Assembly (NCBI GenBank): GCA_963740315.1
Contig: CAVUDP010000002.1
Location: forward strand, 2,784,001 to 2,848,000
Length of the DNA stretch: 64,000 bases
Source: an uncultured cyanobacterium
Lineage (GTDB): Bacteria; Cyanobacteriota; Cyanobacteriia; Cyanobacteriales; Nostocaceae
Direction of reading: 5' to 3'
Below, piece after piece: positions 37,207-46,740 of this stretch. Made by a program: the position numbers and the translations under genes. The first letter of the stretch is position 1. Each line of letters begins with the position of its first letter. Below the pieces are notes generated by a model. That model was not told the origin of the DNA. It did no database searches and saw nothing but the letters and a program-made list of their open reading frames with translations.

Positions 37207-37414
37207 AATTAATTATTCTAAATATTTTAAATGGTTTTCTAATTTTATTTTATGTATATATTGTGACCTTTTTCAATAATTGATGTTACAGCAGGTTCGT
37301 TTTAATTTTAACAAAAGTGTTGTATATTATTTGTATTTATTGCATAAAAACTTGATTCCAAGCATCTTACTACCAACTTTTACAAAAAACGTATAATTTT
37401 TTAATAAAAAATCT

Positions 37415-38659
37415 ATGCTATTACAATCTCAGCAGAAACAGCGAACTTTAGAAGTTTTATCATCTCTTAGTTACCGCGATGGAGAACTAGATAAATTTTT
37501 ACAAGAAATTGCGATCGGTGTTAGTAAGTTAATTACCATTGATTGGTCTGTTGTTACTCTTTGTAAAAACGGTTTTGATAAGATTCTTGCTAGCAGTATA
37601 GAACTGGATGATTATGAAACTACTTATTCATTGCACGGTGTTGTTACCGGAACGGTAGTAGAAACAGGAAAAAGCCTTACAGTTGATGATACCAAAACCT
37701 GTAGGTCACATGGTGCATTACCATCCGGATATCGTTCTTATTTAGGAGTTCCATTACGTACTTCTCAAGGACAAGTTATCGGTACAATTTGCTCGTTTCA
37801 CCAGCAACCCCGCAAATATAATACTGAAGAAATTGCAATTGTTGAATTATTTGCCGAACGTGCAGCAACTGCGATCGATAATTATCAACTTTATCAGCAA
37901 CAATGTCAATTTAACGAAATATTAGAAGCTGAAGTTGCCAAAAGAACGGAAGAATTGAAAGCCGCACAAGCCTCACTTGTAGAAAAAGTACGTTTGGCGG
38001 CGATTGGAGAATTTGCTTCCGGTATTATTCACGAAATTCGTAACCCGTTTACTACGATGAAAATGGGTTTAAATTATTTTAAAAAAGTTGATCGATCGGA
38101 AGCTTCTCAAATGCGGGTATCTTTAGCATTAGACGAAGCAGATAGATTAGAAAGATTGTTAAAAGAAATTTTACTATATGCAAAACCTCAAAAATTAGAT
38201 TTGCAACCAATAAATATAGATCGGTTGATAGGAGAAATGTTGGAATCGCTGCGAATGATACCTTTCTCAATTCAACGTCAGATAGAATATTATCCCCCAT
38301 CAACTCAGTTAAAAGTAATGGGAGATAAAGATAAACTCAAACAAATTATAATTAATCTTGTGCGTAACGCTTGTGAAGCTGTAAGCGTAGGAGAAACTGT
38401 CAAAATTAAGCTTGAACTTGAAAATTATCAGGAACAAAAAGAGCAGGTATCGATTAACATTTGCAACGGTGGCGAACCCATCCCTCCAGAGATTTTGCCG
38501 AAATTAACTCAGCCTTTTTACTCAACAAAATCTTCAGGAACTGGATTAGGATTGGCAATAGTTAAACGCATAGTAGAATCTCATGATGGTGAATTGTTAA
38601 TCAAATCTTCTATAGAAGAAGGAACAATAATAAGCGTAAAATTACCAACTTGCTCTTAG
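37415..38659 (+). CDS. GAF-domain sensor histidine kinase
   Basis: GAF SYLGVPL..IGTIC; H-box IIHEIRNP; NLVRNA; GTGLGLAIV. Confidence 0.93.
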   Translation: MLLQSQQKQRTLEVLSSLSYRDGELDKFLQEIAIGVSKLITIDWSVVTLCKNGFDKILASSIELDDYETTYSLHGVVTGTVVETGKSLTVDDTKTCRSHGALPSGYRSYLGVPLRTSQGQVIGTICSFHQQPRKYNTEEIAIVELFAERAATAIDNYQLYQQQCQFNEILEAEVAKRTEELKAAQASLVEKVRLAAIGEFASGIIHEIRNPFTTMKMGLNYFKKVDRSEASQMRVSLALDEADRLERLLKEILLYAKPQKLDLQPINIDRLIGEMLESLRMIPFSIQRQIEYYPPSTQLKVMGDKDKLKQIIINLVRNACEAVSVGETVKIKLELENYQEQKEQVSINICNGGEPIPPEILPKLTQPFYSTKSSGTGLGLAIVKRIVESHDGELLIKSSIEEGTIISVKLPTCS

Positions 38660-38943
38660 CAATAAGCAGTAATATCTTCACCACACTCATCAGCAAGATA
38701 GCACATAGCTTTAAAGCGTAAAGTCACAACTTGCTCGTAAAGAGGATTTAACTTACACATTGGAGGAATGTGAAATAACTTGCGACCAAAAACTACTATA
38801 TCGCGTTCAAAAGGACATTGTGCGGGAATAGATTTGCAGAGAAAATGAGCTAATTTGGGATTACGAACTTCTTGAGAATCCAGCCATTGACGAACTGGAG
38901 AAAGAAAGCCGTTTTGGGATTTGAATTGAGTAAAGCTTGTCAT
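38656..38943 (-). CDS. Mo-dependent nitrogenase C-terminal domain family protein
   Basis: IPAQCPFERD..HIPPMCKLNPLYEQ..LRFKAMCYLAD. Confidence 0.88.
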   Translation of the reverse strand: MTSFTQFKSQNGFLSPVRQWLDSQEVRNPKLAHFLCKSIPAQCPFERDIVVFGRKLFHIPPMCKLNPLYEQVVTLRFKAMCYLADECGEDITAYC

Positions 38944-39470
38944 GATTTTTTACCAGATTATTTAATAGTACAAAATGAACTTTAAATCTTGTTCTATATA
39001 TAAATAGGTTCAGATTTAATAACTTATGCATTTCTTTGAGGAACACCTTTAACTACATACAGCTACTTGAGGGTTCCGGATACTTTGAAGAACGAAAACT
39101 ACTTAATTCATACAGTCTCCCTTGTTAATGAATAAATAGTTATTTAGGTATTTATGAATTTATATTTCAAATTTATATGAATTGTAATGTCGTTTCAATT
39201 CAAGGCGATACATATCAATCATCTATAAACGTTGCACTACAACCTCTGGCTATACTTCGATTTGTATCGATTCGGTTAAATAGGATAAGAGTTTTAGGTG
39301 TTGAAAAACCCAATTTTTTCAAAAAGCCGGGTTTGATAATTCTAAATTTAGGATTTAAGACTGATATATAAGAACCACAAAAGCTTCAATAAGATAAGAT
39401 AGCAGCGTATACACAAGGCTATTTTTCAAACATAGCTCAACAACAACCAGCAACGAAGCGATACTTAAAG

Positions 39471-39860
39471 ATGCCCAAGTGGAAACTTGTAACAGAATTT
39501 ACCTTTGATAGCGCCCATTACATCAAAGATTATAATGGTCCTTGCGGTAGGATGCACGGGCATACTTATACAGTGCGGATAGAAGCAATTAGCAACAAAC
39601 TCCACTCCTCAGAATATTGTCCTCATCCGGTAATGGTTGCCGATTTTAGAAGCTTGCGCTGGGCTAAAAAAGATGTCACCAAAGGAGGATTGGATCATTG
39701 CGTTTTAAACGAAGTCATGCCTCCCGAATATGAAACCACAGCGGAGATGATTGCTAAATATATATACGATGAGACGAAGAAGAAATTACCAGAAGGCGTA
39801 AAAATCAAAGTTGCGGTATCGGAAACGGCGAATTCTTGGGCTGAGTATGAGGATGATTGA
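39471..39860 (+). CDS. queD: 6-carboxytetrahydropterin synthase / 6-pyruvoyl-tetrahydropterin synthase family
   Basis: FDSAH, CGRMHGHTY, LDH, TTAEMIA, VSET. Confidence 0.85.
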   Translation: MPKWKLVTEFTFDSAHYIKDYNGPCGRMHGHTYTVRIEAISNKLHSSEYCPHPVMVADFRSLRWAKKDVTKGGLDHCVLNEVMPPEYETTAEMIAKYIYDETKKKLPEGVKIKVAVSETANSWAEYEDD

Positions 39861-39897
39861 ATTTAGCGTTATCTAGATAGAAGCCGATAAAAGCAAT

Positions 39898-40926
39898 ATG
39901 AAAGGTAAAACCATTAGAATTTTTTTGGTTGAAGGAACACCAAATAGTATCTTAACAGCAGAAATTATCAACTGGACGGGTAAAGTAATTGTTGCACCGC
40001 GATCGCAACTTCCCGAATTAGCTACACGTACTGAAGCCAAACGTACAGGTGTTTATATTTTAGCTGGTGACAATCCACAAAATCCTATCAAAGAACGTAT
40101 ATATATTGGTGAAAGCGACAACGTTTTTAAAAGATTAACGGAACATAACAAAGACGATAACAAGGATTTTTGGATTCGGACAGCATTAATTATTAGTAAA
40201 GACGAGAACTTAACAAAGTCTCATATCCGTTATCTTGAAAGTAGGTTAATTCAGTTAGCACAGCAAGCAAAAAGAGGTACCCTTGATAATAGCACGGGTC
40301 CAGGAACTCCCCGTTTACCTGAATCTGATACTGCTGATATGGAATTTTTCTTATCGCAAGTTCAAATGCTATTACCAGTACTAGGATTTTCCTTTGTTCT
40401 CCCTGTACCAAAACCAATTTCCGTAAGTGAATCTATAGATGAAGATAATAATATTAAGCCTCAAATTTCACCCATCTTTTACATGAAAGCATCTGGAGCA
40501 GAAGCAAAAGCTCAGGAAATAAATGGTGAGTTTATTGTGTTAAAAGGCTCAAATGCGCGAAAAGAAAATGCAGAATCTTTACATCAAAGAAATCGCGACT
40601 TACGCCAACAACTGATTGAGGAATGTAAATTAACTAATAATCAAGACGAGATATATTTAATTTTTCAAGAAGATGTTTCTTTTAAAAGTCCTAGTGCAGC
40701 CGCTGCTACTATTGCTGGAGCCAGTTACAACGGACGTACAGCATGGAAAGTTATAGAGACTAATAAAACTTATAAAGAATGGCAGGAAACTGAGATTGAG
40801 GAAGCTGAGGAAAATACGAGTGCTTCAGAAAACCAACTTAAACTTTTTCAGGAAGATAATAAAGATGTGTCTACTCCGTACTACGTTGAAAATAACATAG
40901 AGAAAATAGATAGAACAAATAACTAA
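39898..40926 (+). CDS. GIY-YIG nuclease with DUF4357-like C-terminal domain
   Basis: GVYIL...IYIGESDNVFKRLTEH; C-terminal FIVLKGS..FKSPSAAAATIAGASYNGRTAWK. Confidence 0.85.
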   Translation: MKGKTIRIFLVEGTPNSILTAEIINWTGKVIVAPRSQLPELATRTEAKRTGVYILAGDNPQNPIKERIYIGESDNVFKRLTEHNKDDNKDFWIRTALIISKDENLTKSHIRYLESRLIQLAQQAKRGTLDNSTGPGTPRLPESDTADMEFFLSQVQMLLPVLGFSFVLPVPKPISVSESIDEDNNIKPQISPIFYMKASGAEAKAQEINGEFIVLKGSNARKENAESLHQRNRDLRQQLIEECKLTNNQDEIYLIFQEDVSFKSPSAAAATIAGASYNGRTAWKVIETNKTYKEWQETEIEEAEENTSASENQLKLFQEDNKDVSTPYYVENNIEKIDRTNN

Positions 40927-40987
40927 TGCCACCTTTTCATCTCATCTCCCCTGTAACAGCTAAAAATAACAATTTAACCGAAGTTTA

Positions 40988-41467
40988 TCAAAGCGATCGC
41001 GGTATTTTCTTGAAGTTTTCTTGAGAATTACATTGAGCAGCTATTCTCAAAGCGAAATTTCCACCGTCTCTAATTTCATTAACATCAGCACCTGTTTCAA
41101 TTAAAAATTTTACAACATCAAGATTTTCACTGCTAACAGCACACATTAATGGTGTCCAGTATTCAGGGTCTTTTAAAGGAATATTGACTATTGCACCTAC
41201 ATCAATTAGTAATTTTACCATTTCTAAATTTCCTTTAGAGGCTGCGATTGCTAAAGGTGTTTCATTGTCGTAAAGTATTCTATCTTCATCATTTACTTCT
41301 GCACCTAATTCAATTAACAAACGCACTATTTCTAAGTTATTTTCTTTTACAGCTTCACTTAAAATTATTGTTCCGCTTGCTTCTTTTACACGACTTCTAT
41401 CGCTAGCAATTGTTTTATGTATTTTTTCTATATTGCCTGCTTTTATGGCTTTTATTAATTTATCCAT
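40988..41467 (-). CDS. Ankyrin repeat protein, probably C-terminally truncated
   Basis: TPLAIAA..GNLEMVKLLI..GA repeats; the last repeat breaks off and ends beside a HIP1 site. Confidence 0.85.
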   Translation of the reverse strand: MDKLIKAIKAGNIEKIHKTIASDRSRVKEASGTIILSEAVKENNLEIVRLLIELGAEVNDEDRILYDNETPLAIAASKGNLEMVKLLIDVGAIVNIPLKDPEYWTPLMCAVSSENLDVVKFLIETGADVNEIRDGGNFALRIAAQCNSQENFKKIPRSL

Positions 41468-41518
41468 ATTTCACAGTTATAATTCCTAAAAAGGTAGATA
41501 TTATTTATCAATAACTTG

Positions 41519-41567
41519 AGGCAGAGCCTCCAAACCTTATTTCCCAGGCTGAGCCTGGGAACTAGAT
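41519..41567. repeat. Dispersed double-hairpin repeat (reverse copy at about 62927-62975)
   Basis: GAGGCAGAGCCTC...TTCCCAGGCTGAGCCTGGGAA versus TTCCCAGGTTCAACCTGGGAA...GAGGCTCTGCCTC. Confidence 0.75.
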
Positions 41568-41701
41568 AAAACAACAAAAATATAAAAAAAAATAAAATTA
41601 TTAGTCCATTTTAATGGACTTTTGCTATTAGACTGGGACTTGCAGTCCCAGGCGCTTCAGATAACAATTTATTCCCCTTCCTATTAAAATAAAATGACTA
41701 T

Positions 41702-42124
41702 CTATCTATTATTAACTAAATCCAAAGACCCTTGCAAATCTTTAACTCGCTGTTCGGTAACATCAGCCAAGCAGCCAAGTTCGAGAACTGGTTCCAAAGT
41801 ACCTCCCTCAGCAAAACTAGATTCAAACTTACAGCTTTTATCTCTAAATTGAATCCAAGCAACTTGAGCATTAACTAATTTTTTCTGCTGACTTGTGCCT
41901 AATTTTGGCTTCAACTGTCGATAAACTTGATTCAATTTCTTATCTGCTACTTCATAACTTCTACCAGCACAAACTCTCATTTCTACAGTTGTTTGAGCAT
42001 TGTTACAGTTAACATTTTGAGCTACTTGATAAGAATTACCACGAGCTAAATTTGGTGCAGCGACAATACCCAAGATTGGTAGAGAAATAAAAGCAATTTT
42101 TTGTAAGCTAGAACGTAATTTCAT
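41702..42124 (-). CDS. LprI/DUF1311 family secreted protein (lysozyme-inhibitor-like)
   Basis: Signal peptide; C..AQTTVEMRVCA..ADKKLNQVY..AQVAWIQFRDKSC. Confidence 0.88.
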   Translation of the reverse strand: MKLRSSLQKIAFISLPILGIVAAPNLARGNSYQVAQNVNCNNAQTTVEMRVCAGRSYEVADKKLNQVYRQLKPKLGTSQQKKLVNAQVAWIQFRDKSCKFESSFAEGGTLEPVLELGCLADVTEQRVKDLQGSLDLVNNR

Positions 42125-42368
42125 CAGTAAATATCGTTGTTTGTATCTTGCATTTATGACATCAATCTTGACCTCCGCGATTCCGGATTGCGAACGGTAA
42201 ATTGCTGGAAATTGTATAAAGCTTACCTAAAGTACACTTTAACTGACATCCTGCACCCCATCGAGAAACCGGGAACGAAGGCAAGTTGCTCATGGTGCAA
42301 GATATGAACTTTAACGAAGAGGAATATTTATTGTGGTAATAACTACAACACGTAGATAAAAGTTTTAG

Positions 42369-42618
42369 CTATTCCATCGAAAAAATTACAGGTTCTCCCA
42401 CTTCGGGAACGACATCAACTTCTATTTGGAAAGTAGCCTTAAAATCAGTACCGAAAACATCGAACTCCCAACCACCATTCTTAAATTCCATCGGTATTCC
42501 ACGATCGCGATCGGCAAACCTTTCATCCTTGATATGCGTCTTTCTCATCCGAAACATCTAACTGACCAAAACCCCTAATTAAAATTATTGGCTGAGATTG
42601 CCGCGTTGGTTTAGACAT
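42369..42618 (-). pseudogene. Possible internally deleted gene remnant (alpha/beta-hydrolase-like start joined to a C-terminal fragment)
   Basis: ATG 42618 gives MSKPTRQSQPIILIRGFGQLDVSDEKDAYQG*; a different frame gives ...PMEFKNGGWEFDVFGTDFKATFQIEVD. Family assignment is from memory only. Confidence 0.4.
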
Positions 42619-42961
42619 AATCGCTCAAAATTTTTTTTATTGAAATTTAAGTAGTTTACCTATTGACTTTTATACCTGACTTTTATAATACTGCGTGTTT
42701 ACTTTCAAACAATATGTCGTATCGCATTAATAATTATTTACTTTAATGACCATATAAGCTGAAATAATAGTTAAGCTGAAAATTGTTGATTTTCTAAAAC
42801 TGAGATTTCACCGTAGGAAAACCGTACCAATAAGGCAAACCTTAGTATTTATTATTTATCTTGATAAGGTTAAGCTTTATAAAAGTAGCTTTTTATTGCG
42901 CTGCCAATAATAAACTCTGAGTATCTGTTAACTTTTTATTGCGCTGTTTGAGAAATCCCTA

Positions 42962-43681
42962 ATGTTAGAGCGAATTTTTGATTACCTTCAATATAATTTC
43001 AGCATTGAAGCATCTATAGTCTTACTTATTCTAATTTTCCTAGAAGCCGTGCTATCGGCGGATAATGCCATTGCCCTCGCTGCGATCGCCCAAGGACTTG
43101 ACGACGAAAAACTCGAACGTCAGGCGCTTAATCTTGGTTTAGTCGTTGCATACGTGTTGCGAATAACTTTGCTTCTGACTGCCACTTGGGTACAAAAATA
43201 TTGGCAATTCGAGTTAATCGGCGCAGCTTATCTACTCTGGCTGGTATTTCAACACTTCACCTCCGAAGAAGACGAAGAAGATGCCGATCGCGAACCCCGT
43301 TTTAAATCGCTGTTGCAAGCAATACCCGTAATTGCTTTTACAGATTTAGCCTTTTCCTTAGATAGCGTAACTACTGCGATCGCGGTTTCTGATAACAAAT
43401 GGTTAGTAATCATAGGAACCACAATCGGCATCATTACCTTAAGATTCATGGCGGGTTTATTTATTCGTTGGTTGGATGAATTTGTTTACCTCGAAGATGC
43501 AGGTTATATAACCGTCGCATTTGTCGGCATACGCTTGTTGTTGAGAGTAGTCAACCAAGCATTAGTTCCTCCTCAGTGGATAATAATTACCGCGATCGCC
43601 ATCATCCTAGCCTGGGGATTTTCCAAGCGTACAGTTCCAAAAGTTGTAGAAGAAACCGAAAAAACAGAAGTTAGGAGTTAG
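42962..43681 (+). CDS. TerC family membrane protein
   Basis: LEAVLSADNA, DLAFSLDSV. Confidence 0.92.
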   Translation: MLERIFDYLQYNFSIEASIVLLILIFLEAVLSADNAIALAAIAQGLDDEKLERQALNLGLVVAYVLRITLLLTATWVQKYWQFELIGAAYLLWLVFQHFTSEEDEEDADREPRFKSLLQAIPVIAFTDLAFSLDSVTTAIAVSDNKWLVIIGTTIGIITLRFMAGLFIRWLDEFVYLEDAGYITVAFVGIRLLLRVVNQALVPPQWIIITAIAIILAWGFSKRTVPKVVEETEKTEVRS

Positions 43682-43840
43682 TAGTGAGGAGTGAGGAGTT
43701 AGGAGTTAGGAATTAGGAGTTAGGAATTAGGAGTTAGGGATTAGAAACTAGTTATTCTTCCCCTTGTCTCCCCATCCCCCCATCCCCTTGTCTCCCCATC
43801 TCCCTTCCCCCTCTCCCTAAATAATCAATTCCCTGTTAAA

Positions 43841-44302
43841 TTAGCTGGAAAATTTCTCATTCAACCAAGGCATAATTTGTGGCTGCCAACTTACTAATTC
43901 ATCATTGCTAAACCATAGGGAAATTTCTCGTTGTGCGGTTTCTATAGCATCGGAACCGTGGATGATATTTCTACCAATGTCAACTCCGAAATCACCACGG
44001 ATAGTTCCGGGTTCTGCTGTTAGGGGGTTAGTTGCGCCAATCATCTTTCTAGCAGCAGCAACAACGCCATCACCTTCCCAAACCATAGCCACAACAGGAC
44101 CTGAAGTAATAAATTCGACTAAGCTAGCGAAAAATGGTCTTTCTTTGTGAACGTCGTAATGGGATTCAGCTAATTCCCGACTGACTTTCATGAATTTCAA
44201 ACCAACTAAAGTAAAGCCCTTGGTTTCATAGCGGCGAATTACTTCACCAACCAATCCGCGCTGTACTCCATCAGGCTTGATTGCTAAAAATGTACGTTCC
44301 AT
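43841..44302 (-). CDS. ndk: Nucleoside diphosphate kinase
   Basis: [30 protein letters not shown]. Confidence 0.98.
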   Translation of the reverse strand: MERTFLAIKPDGVQRGLVGEVIRRYETKGFTLVGLKFMKVSRELAESHYDVHKERPFFASLVEFITSGPVVAMVWEGDGVVAAARKMIGATNPLTAEPGTIRGDFGVDIGRNIIHGSDAIETAQREISLWFSNDELVSWQPQIMPWLNEKFSS

Positions 44303-44548
44303 TACGATCTCCTATAAATTAATGAATCTATCACTTGTTATTTGTCCGTCGCGATTCGCTTTTTGTCAATAACTAATTTCATGGGATTGAGAATTGAACC
44401 GCTCTTAATAGTTATTAATTAGTAAAAATTATCTATGCCCCATGCCCTATGCCCTCATATAAAAAATATATACCCTGCGTATATTCCCCCTGCAACAGGA
44501 ATGCGCTAGATTATAAACTCGTGGTTGAAGTACGAAGGTGACTAATAA

Positions 44549-46570
44549 ATGGGTGTTGAGTCAGGTGCTACCTCAGCTGAAACAGGGAAATTCTCATTGA
44601 ATGGCAAAAAAGGTAAAGTAGGTAAAAATCAAAAAGCTCAGAAACTTCTGCCACCGAGTAAAATTCTAGATTCGCACCGAAGTCATTGGACTATCGAAGA
44701 GAGTGAAGCGCTATACCGGATTGAAGGCTGGGGACAACCTTATTTTTCTATAAACGCAGCAGGTCATGTTACGGTTTCTCCAAAGGGCGAACGCGGTGGT
44801 TCTTTGGATTTGTATGAATTGGTTAAAGCGCTTAAACTGCGTAATTTGGGTTTACCTTTACTGATTCGCTTTTCGGATATTTTAGAAGACAGAATCGAGC
44901 GCCTGAATGCTTGTTTCGCCAAAGCTATAGCTCGCTACAATTACGCTGGTACGTATCAAGGGGTATTTCCTGTCAAATGCAACCAGCAGCGTCATTTGAT
45001 TGAAGATTTAGTTCGGTTTGGCAAACCCCATCAATTTGGCTTGGAAGCAGGTTCTAAACCAGAATTAATGATTGCTTTGGCTATGCTGGATACACCAGGA
45101 GCTTTGTTAATTTGTAACGGCTATAAAGACAGTGAATATATTGAGACGGCAATGTTAGCTCAAAGACTTGGGCAAACTCCAATTTTGGTTTTAGAACAAA
45201 TTGAAGAAGTTGATTTAGTCATTGAGGTTAGTCGTCAATTAGAAATTAAACCAATCTTGGGAATCCGCGCCAAACTTAGCACCCAAGGAATGGGGCGCTG
45301 GGGAACTTCTAGCGGCGATCGCGCTAAGTTCGGTTTGAATATTCCTGAAATCATTCGCGCTGTTGACAAGTTACGGAATGCCGATTTGTTGGATTGTTTA
45401 CAGCTTTTGCACTTCCATGTCGGCTCGCAAATTTCAGCAATTAATGTAATTAAAGATGCTATCCAGGAAGCTAGCCGTATTTACGTAGAGTTGGTTTGCC
45501 TGGGAGCAAATATGAAATATCTTGATGTTGGTGGCGGCTTGGGCGTAGATTACGACGGTTCTCAAACCAACTTCTACGCTTCTAAAAACTACAATATGCA
45601 AAACTATGCTAACGATATTGTGGCAGAGTTAAAAGATGCCTGTAAAGAACAAGATATTCCCGTACCAACACTTATAAGCGAAAGCGGACGAGCGGTTGCT
45701 TCCCATCAGTCGGTATTGATTTTTGATGTACTCAGTACCAGCGAAGTACCTAACGAACCACCCGAACCCGTTCAGGAAGGCGAATCTCACATTATTTCTT
45801 ATTTGTGGGAAACTTATCAATCTATCAATGAAGAGAATTATCAAGAGTTTTATCACGACTCAGTTCAATTCAAAGAAGAAGCCATCAGTCGTTTCAATTT
45901 GGGAATTTTATCTTTAAGAGAACGAGCCAAAGCAGAGCAATTATATTGGGCTTGTTGTTATAAAATTCTTAACATCACTAAGCAGCAAGAATACGTACCT
46001 GACGACATGGAAGACTTAGAACTAATTATGTCTTCTATCTATTACGTGAATCTTTCGGTGTTTCAATCAGCACCCGACTGCTGGGCGATCGATCAGTTAT
46101 TTCCGATTATGCCCATACACCGCTTAGATGAAGAACCGACGCGGCGCGGTATTTTAGCCGATCTTACCTGCGATAGTGACGGTAAAATCGATCGGTTTAT
46201 CGACCTACGAGACGTTAAATCCGTTTTAGAACTTCATTCTTTCAATCGCGGAGAACCTTACTATTTAGGTATGTTCCTCAATGGAGCCTACCAAGAAATC
46301 ATGGGTAACTTACATAACCTCTTCGGCGACACTAATACCGTTCACATCCAACTTACACCCAAGGGATATCAAATTAAGCATGTCGTCAAAGGCGATACCA
46401 TGAGTGAGGTGGTAGGTTACGTGCAGTACGATGCCGAAGACATGGTAGAAAGAATCCGTCAGCGTTGCGAACAAGCTTTAGAACAAAACCAGATCACGAT
46501 CGCGCAGTCTCAACGGCTGTTGCAAACCTACGAACAAAGTTTGAGTCGGTATACTTATTTAAGTTCGTGA
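44549..46570 (+). CDS. speA: Biosynthetic arginine decarboxylase
   Basis: FPVKCNQ, GLEAGSKPEL, HFHVGSQI, DLTCDSDG, GAYQEIMGNLHNLFG. Confidence 0.97.
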   Translation: MGVESGATSAETGKFSLNGKKGKVGKNQKAQKLLPPSKILDSHRSHWTIEESEALYRIEGWGQPYFSINAAGHVTVSPKGERGGSLDLYELVKALKLRNLGLPLLIRFSDILEDRIERLNACFAKAIARYNYAGTYQGVFPVKCNQQRHLIEDLVRFGKPHQFGLEAGSKPELMIALAMLDTPGALLICNGYKDSEYIETAMLAQRLGQTPILVLEQIEEVDLVIEVSRQLEIKPILGIRAKLSTQGMGRWGTSSGDRAKFGLNIPEIIRAVDKLRNADLLDCLQLLHFHVGSQISAINVIKDAIQEASRIYVELVCLGANMKYLDVGGGLGVDYDGSQTNFYASKNYNMQNYANDIVAELKDACKEQDIPVPTLISESGRAVASHQSVLIFDVLSTSEVPNEPPEPVQEGESHIISYLWETYQSINEENYQEFYHDSVQFKEEAISRFNLGILSLRERAKAEQLYWACCYKILNITKQQEYVPDDMEDLELIMSSIYYVNLSVFQSAPDCWAIDQLFPIMPIHRLDEEPTRRGILADLTCDSDGKIDRFIDLRDVKSVLELHSFNRGEPYYLGMFLNGAYQEIMGNLHNLFGDTNTVHIQLTPKGYQIKHVVKGDTMSEVVGYVQYDAEDMVERIRQRCEQALEQNQITIAQSQRLLQTYEQSLSRYTYLSS

Positions 46571-46599
46571 ATTGATAGTTGATAGTTGTGTAATTCAAA

Positions 46600-46655
46600 G
46601 TTTGTAGTAAGGGTTTTAACCCTCCGATTGAGAACTAAAGTTCTTACTACAAACT
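46600..46655. repeat. GTAGTAAG-family REP doublet
   Basis: GTTTGTAGTAAGGG...TTCTTACTACAAAC; same family as the 7.6-8.1 kb array, 55963 and 59615. Confidence 0.8.
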
Positions 46656-46740
46656 AAAAAATAAAGCAAGAAAATCTACACTGCATTTTGCCTCCCCTAC
46701 AAATAATTATCCATGCCCCATGCCCTATGCCCAATACCAA

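Noticed and set aside
39471..40926. Complete Dpd 7-deazaguanine DNA modification system
   Set aside because: No dpdA/tgt, queC, queE or folE in the window; kept only as a tentative finding.
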